From positions 19,530,001-19,594,000 of the forward strand of contig JBHGNT010000014.1 of the NCBI GenBank assembly GCA_043228905.1: a DNA stretch of 64,000 nucleotides. The letters run 5' to 3'. Shown piece by piece: positions 63,520-64,000 of the stretch. The notes beneath the pieces were generated by a model, which did not search any database, had not been told where the DNA came from, and was given only the letters and a program-made list of their open reading frames with translations. Source of the stretch: Azolla caroliniana (taxonomy: Eukaryota > Plantae > Polypodiophyta). The position numbers and the translations under genes were made by a program. Each line of letters begins with the position of its first letter. Position 1 is the first letter of the stretch.

Positions 63520-64000
63520 AATGTCTCGGTGTTAGTGGCAGAACAAATCAACTGAATGATCCAGGAGAGGGTGAGAGCTGAAGCATTGCAAAAGATAGTA
63601 TATCTAATCAATCTGTCGCCGTCAAAAGTAATCACACTTGAAGTGCCGCAGGCACTATGGTCAGGCAAACATCCGATCTATGACAGGCTCCATATATTTG
63701 GATGTGAAGCCTACACATTCATCTCCAGGGAGAAAAGACCAAGTTGGCACCCCATGCAACAAAATGCACATTACTGAAATCCTACTATAGGGGTGAGTCA
63801 TTTAACAGGACCCCTGAAGATGGGTCAAGTAACACTGATTGGCTGGTACAACTGACTGAAGAGTTTGAACCAACAACATCGACACCGAGGAGATTCAAAC
63901 GAAATTGAAATTGAAAGCCAACAGAGTTTTACTAACCGGGCCTCGACTACGTCAACTACACCGATGCAACCGAACCAAACACATACGAAGAAGCTGTCAT
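63520..64000 (+). pseudogene. Decayed Copia integrase fragment running off the window
   Basis: AEALQKIVYLINLSPS...LHIFGCEAY; EPNTYEEA at the end. Confidence 0.8.

Overview
Gene-poor, repeat-dominated eukaryotic DNA, most likely from a non-seed land plant such as a fern, lycophyte or moss (inferred from PLS-type PPR remnants, a Tcn1-like chromovirus, tRNA-Trp-primed Gypsy elements and TTTAGGG motifs). Two transposon nests make up most of the window. Nest 1: 5'-truncated L1 LINE (9713-26615) > chromodomain Gypsy (10315-24435) > unclassified TIR element with 4-bp TSD (14877-22990) > Copia A (16504-21766), followed by a pogo/Tigger transposon (26638-29915). Nest 2: tRNA-Trp-primed Gypsy (32941-55457) containing a gag-only non-autonomous relative (35285-40493) and Copia B (41197-52481), which itself contains an intact Tnt1/Tork-like Copia C (42067-47424). 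A second copy of the TIR element lies at 57928-63076. The most unusual signals are: (i) tRNA-derived A-box/B-box modules, antisense, in U3 of two otherwise dissimilar Gypsy LTRs; (ii) 7-fold tandem amplification of one such module with palindromes inside the TIR element; (iii) a self-priming PBS and a perfect heat-shock element in the chromovirus; (iv) a conserved hairpin enclosing the PPT of two Copia elements. No intact host gene was found. All coordinates and alignments were read by eye.
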